Shown here: piece after piece, positions 61,818 to 64,000 of the stretch
How the letters are laid out: each line of letters starts with the position of its first letter
How positions within the stretch are numbered: the first letter of the stretch is position 1
Source: Octopus vulgaris
Lineage: Eukaryota
Length of the DNA: 64,000 nt
Direction of reading: 5' to 3'
Assembly: GCA_951406725.2 (NCBI GenBank)
Contig: OX597837.1
Location: forward strand, 32,116,001 to 32,180,000
Position numbers and translations under genes: made by a program
Notes under the pieces: generated by a model
Databases searched by the model: none
The model's input: the letters and a program-made list of their open reading frames with translations, nothing else
What the model was told of the DNA's origin: nothing

Positions 61818-62375
61818 AAAGGGCTAGCACCCAACTTTGGCATCAAGATTTATACAAATACCTGTACTGTATTTAAGAAGCACTCCGTCGGTTACGACGA
61901 CGAGGGTTCCGGTTGATCCGATCAACGGAACAGCCTGCTCGTGAAATTAACGTGGAAGTGGCTGAGCACTCCACAGACACGTGTACCCTTAACGTAGTTC
62001 TCGGGGATATTCAGCGTGACACAGAGAGTGACAAGGCCGGCCCCTTGAAATACAGGTACAACAGAAACAGGAAGTAAGAGTGAGAGAAAGCTGTGGTGAA
62101 AGAATACAGCAGGGATCACCACCCCCTGCCGGAGACTCATGGAGATTTAGGTGTTTTTCGCTCAATAAACACTCACAACGCCCGGTCTGGGAATCGAAAC
62201 CGCGATCCTACGACCGCGAGTCCGCTGCCCTAACCACTGGGCCATTGCGCCTCCACCTGTACTGTATGCCACTGTGTAATGCCAAAAACATCACCTACTC
62301 CATCTAAAGTGAGGACCAGGTATTGCAATAGCTTAGGATCTCAAAGGCCCAGACCTCTTCAATGTTCTGTCTGAA
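61818..62375 (+). mobile_element. CR1-like LINE ORF2 C-terminal fragment split by SINE A
   Basis: Joining across the TSD gives GLAPNFGIKIYTNTCTVCHCVMPK...VRTRYCNSLG/GPDLFNVL. Confidence 0.6.
61877..62256 (-). mobile_element. SINE family A with 12-bp TSD
   Basis: TSD CCTGTACTGTAT at 61861-61872 and 62256-62267. Confidence 0.92.
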
Positions 62376-62388
62376 AAAAATTATGCGA

Positions 62389-62707
62389 AGGAGTGGCTGT
62401 GTGATAAGTAGCTTGCTTCCCAACCACATGGTTCCGGGTTCAGTCCCACAGCGTGGCACCTTGAGTAAGTGTCTTCTATTATAGCCTCGGGCCGATCAAA
62501 GCCTTGTAAGTGGAATTGGTGCAGGGAAACTGAAACGGATTAAGTCGATTATATCTACCCCAGTGCGTAACTGGTACTTATTTAATCGACCCCGAAAGGA
62601 TGAAAGGGAAAGTCGACCTTGACGGAATTTGAACTCAGAACGTAAAGACAGACGGAATAACACTAAGTATTTCGCCCGGCGCGCTAACGTTTCTGCCAGC
62701 TCGCCAC
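62389..62707. mobile_element. SINE C head (+) joined to an inverted SINE B (-)
   Basis: C head at 62389-62533, B reverse complement at 62533-62707. Confidence 0.8.
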
Positions 62708-62854
62708 CTCGAAATATTAAATATATTAACATAAACATTTTTTCCAAATCGATCTCGTTAAATGGTATTTAAGGCCAATGCAACTTTCCAACACAAAATA
62801 GGTTCCACCAGCTCTGGTCTTAAATCTACACTGTTGATACAGTTAATTAGTTAA

Positions 62855-63269
62855 GGAGTGGCTGTGGTAAGTAGCTTGCTAACCAACCACATGGTTCCGG
62901 GTTCAGTCCCACTGCGTGTCATCTTGGGCAAGTGTCTTCTGCTATAGCCCCGGGCCGACCAATGTCTTGTGAGTGGATTTGGTAGACGGAAACTGAAAGA
63001 AGCCTGTCGAATATATGTATATATATATATATATATATATGTGTGTATGTGTATGTGTTTCTGTGTCTGTGTTTGTCCCCCTAGCATTGCTTGACAACCG
63101 ATGCTGGTGTGTTTATGTCCCCGTTACTTAGCGGTTCGGCAAAAGAGACCGATAAAATAAGTACTGGGCTTACAAAAGAATAAGTCCCGGGGTCGATTTG
63201 CTCGATTAAAGGCGGTGCTCCAGCATGGCCGCAGTCAAATGACTGAAACAAGTAAAAGAGTAAAAGAGT
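62855..63269 (+). mobile_element. SINE family C flanked by a 124-bp direct repeat
   Basis: 62731-62854 matches 63270-63393 with 3 mismatches. Confidence 0.92.
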
Positions 63270-63461
63270 ATAAACATTTTTTTCAAATCGATCTCGTTAA
63301 ATGGCATTTAAGGCCAATGCAACTTTCCAACACAAAATAGGTTCCACCAGCTCTGGTCTTAAATCTACACCGTTGATACAGTTAATTAGTTAATAATAAT
63401 ATATGAACTCCCCTTTAATTAATGGGGTTCAGACATGTTCAATTGTCCTGAGGGTGAATTA

Positions 63462-63494
63462 ATTAACGTTTCGGTTTATTGCCCTTCGTCAGAG
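63462..63494 (-). ncRNA. Hammerhead-like core, stem I incomplete
   Basis: Minus strand reads CTGACGA-a-GG-gcaataaa-CC-GAAACGTTA. A related motif lies at 41210-41240 (+). Confidence 0.45.
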
Positions 63495-63713
63495 AATGAG
63501 GAAGAGACGAAGAGATAGGGAGACAAAGATATTGTTCTGATTAGAGACAAATAAACTCGAACGACAAAACAACTTATTCTCCCTTTCTCCTTTCTCAATC
63601 GCTGACAAGGGGAAAAGGATCCGAAAAGGGGATCCCTTTATAAATTCTTTACGGCAACTGAACGTATTTAAATCAATTCTAAACTCTCCTTGTTTCCTTA
63701 CATTCTATTTATA

Positions 63714-64000
63714 GTGGAGGCGCAATGGCCCAGTGGTTAGGGCAGCGGACTCGCGGTCGTAAGATCGCGGTTTCGATTCCCAGACCGGGCGTTGTGAGTG
63801 TTTATTGAGCGAAAACACCTTAAAGCTCCACGAGGCTCCGGCAGGGGATGGTGGTGATCCCTGCTGTTCTCTTTCACCACAACTTTCTCTCACTCTTACT
63901 TCCTGTTTCTGTTGTACCTGTATTTCAAAGGGGCCAGCCTTGTCACTCTCTGTGTCACGCTGAATATTCCCCGAGAACTACGTTAAGGGTACACGTGTCT
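63714..64000 (+). mobile_element. SINE family A, cut by the window end
   Basis: Match to A. Confidence 0.9.

Overview
This is a eukaryotic, AT-rich, extremely microsatellite- and SINE-rich window. The repeat landscape is most consistent with an Octopus (coleoid cephalopod) genome; this is inferred from recognisable repeat families, not from a search. Almost all ORFs in the supplied track are artefacts of microsatellites or SINEs. Supported content: (i) several tRNA-headed SINE families, labelled A-E here, many with target-site duplications (TSDs), often nested, dimeric or chimeric; (ii) decayed LINE fragments (CR1-like, RTE, R4/RLE-type); (iii) Tc1/mariner transposase fossils and MITEs, a hAT-like MITE, a Merlin-like MITE carrying TAACCC repeats, and Helitron/Helentron-like ends; (iv) several hammerhead-ribozyme-like motifs and fold-back inverted repeats typical of Penelope-like elements; (v) a ~23-bp satellite with a 164-bp higher-order repeat; (vi) a ~9.6-kb near-identical tandem duplication straddling a 100-N gap, probably a haplotype/assembly artefact; (vii) one plausible host-gene exon (25200-25369, +) encoding a signal-peptide-like N-terminus. 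There is no CRISPR array, rRNA, bona fide tRNA or complete protein-coding gene. All family assignments come from motif recognition by eye.
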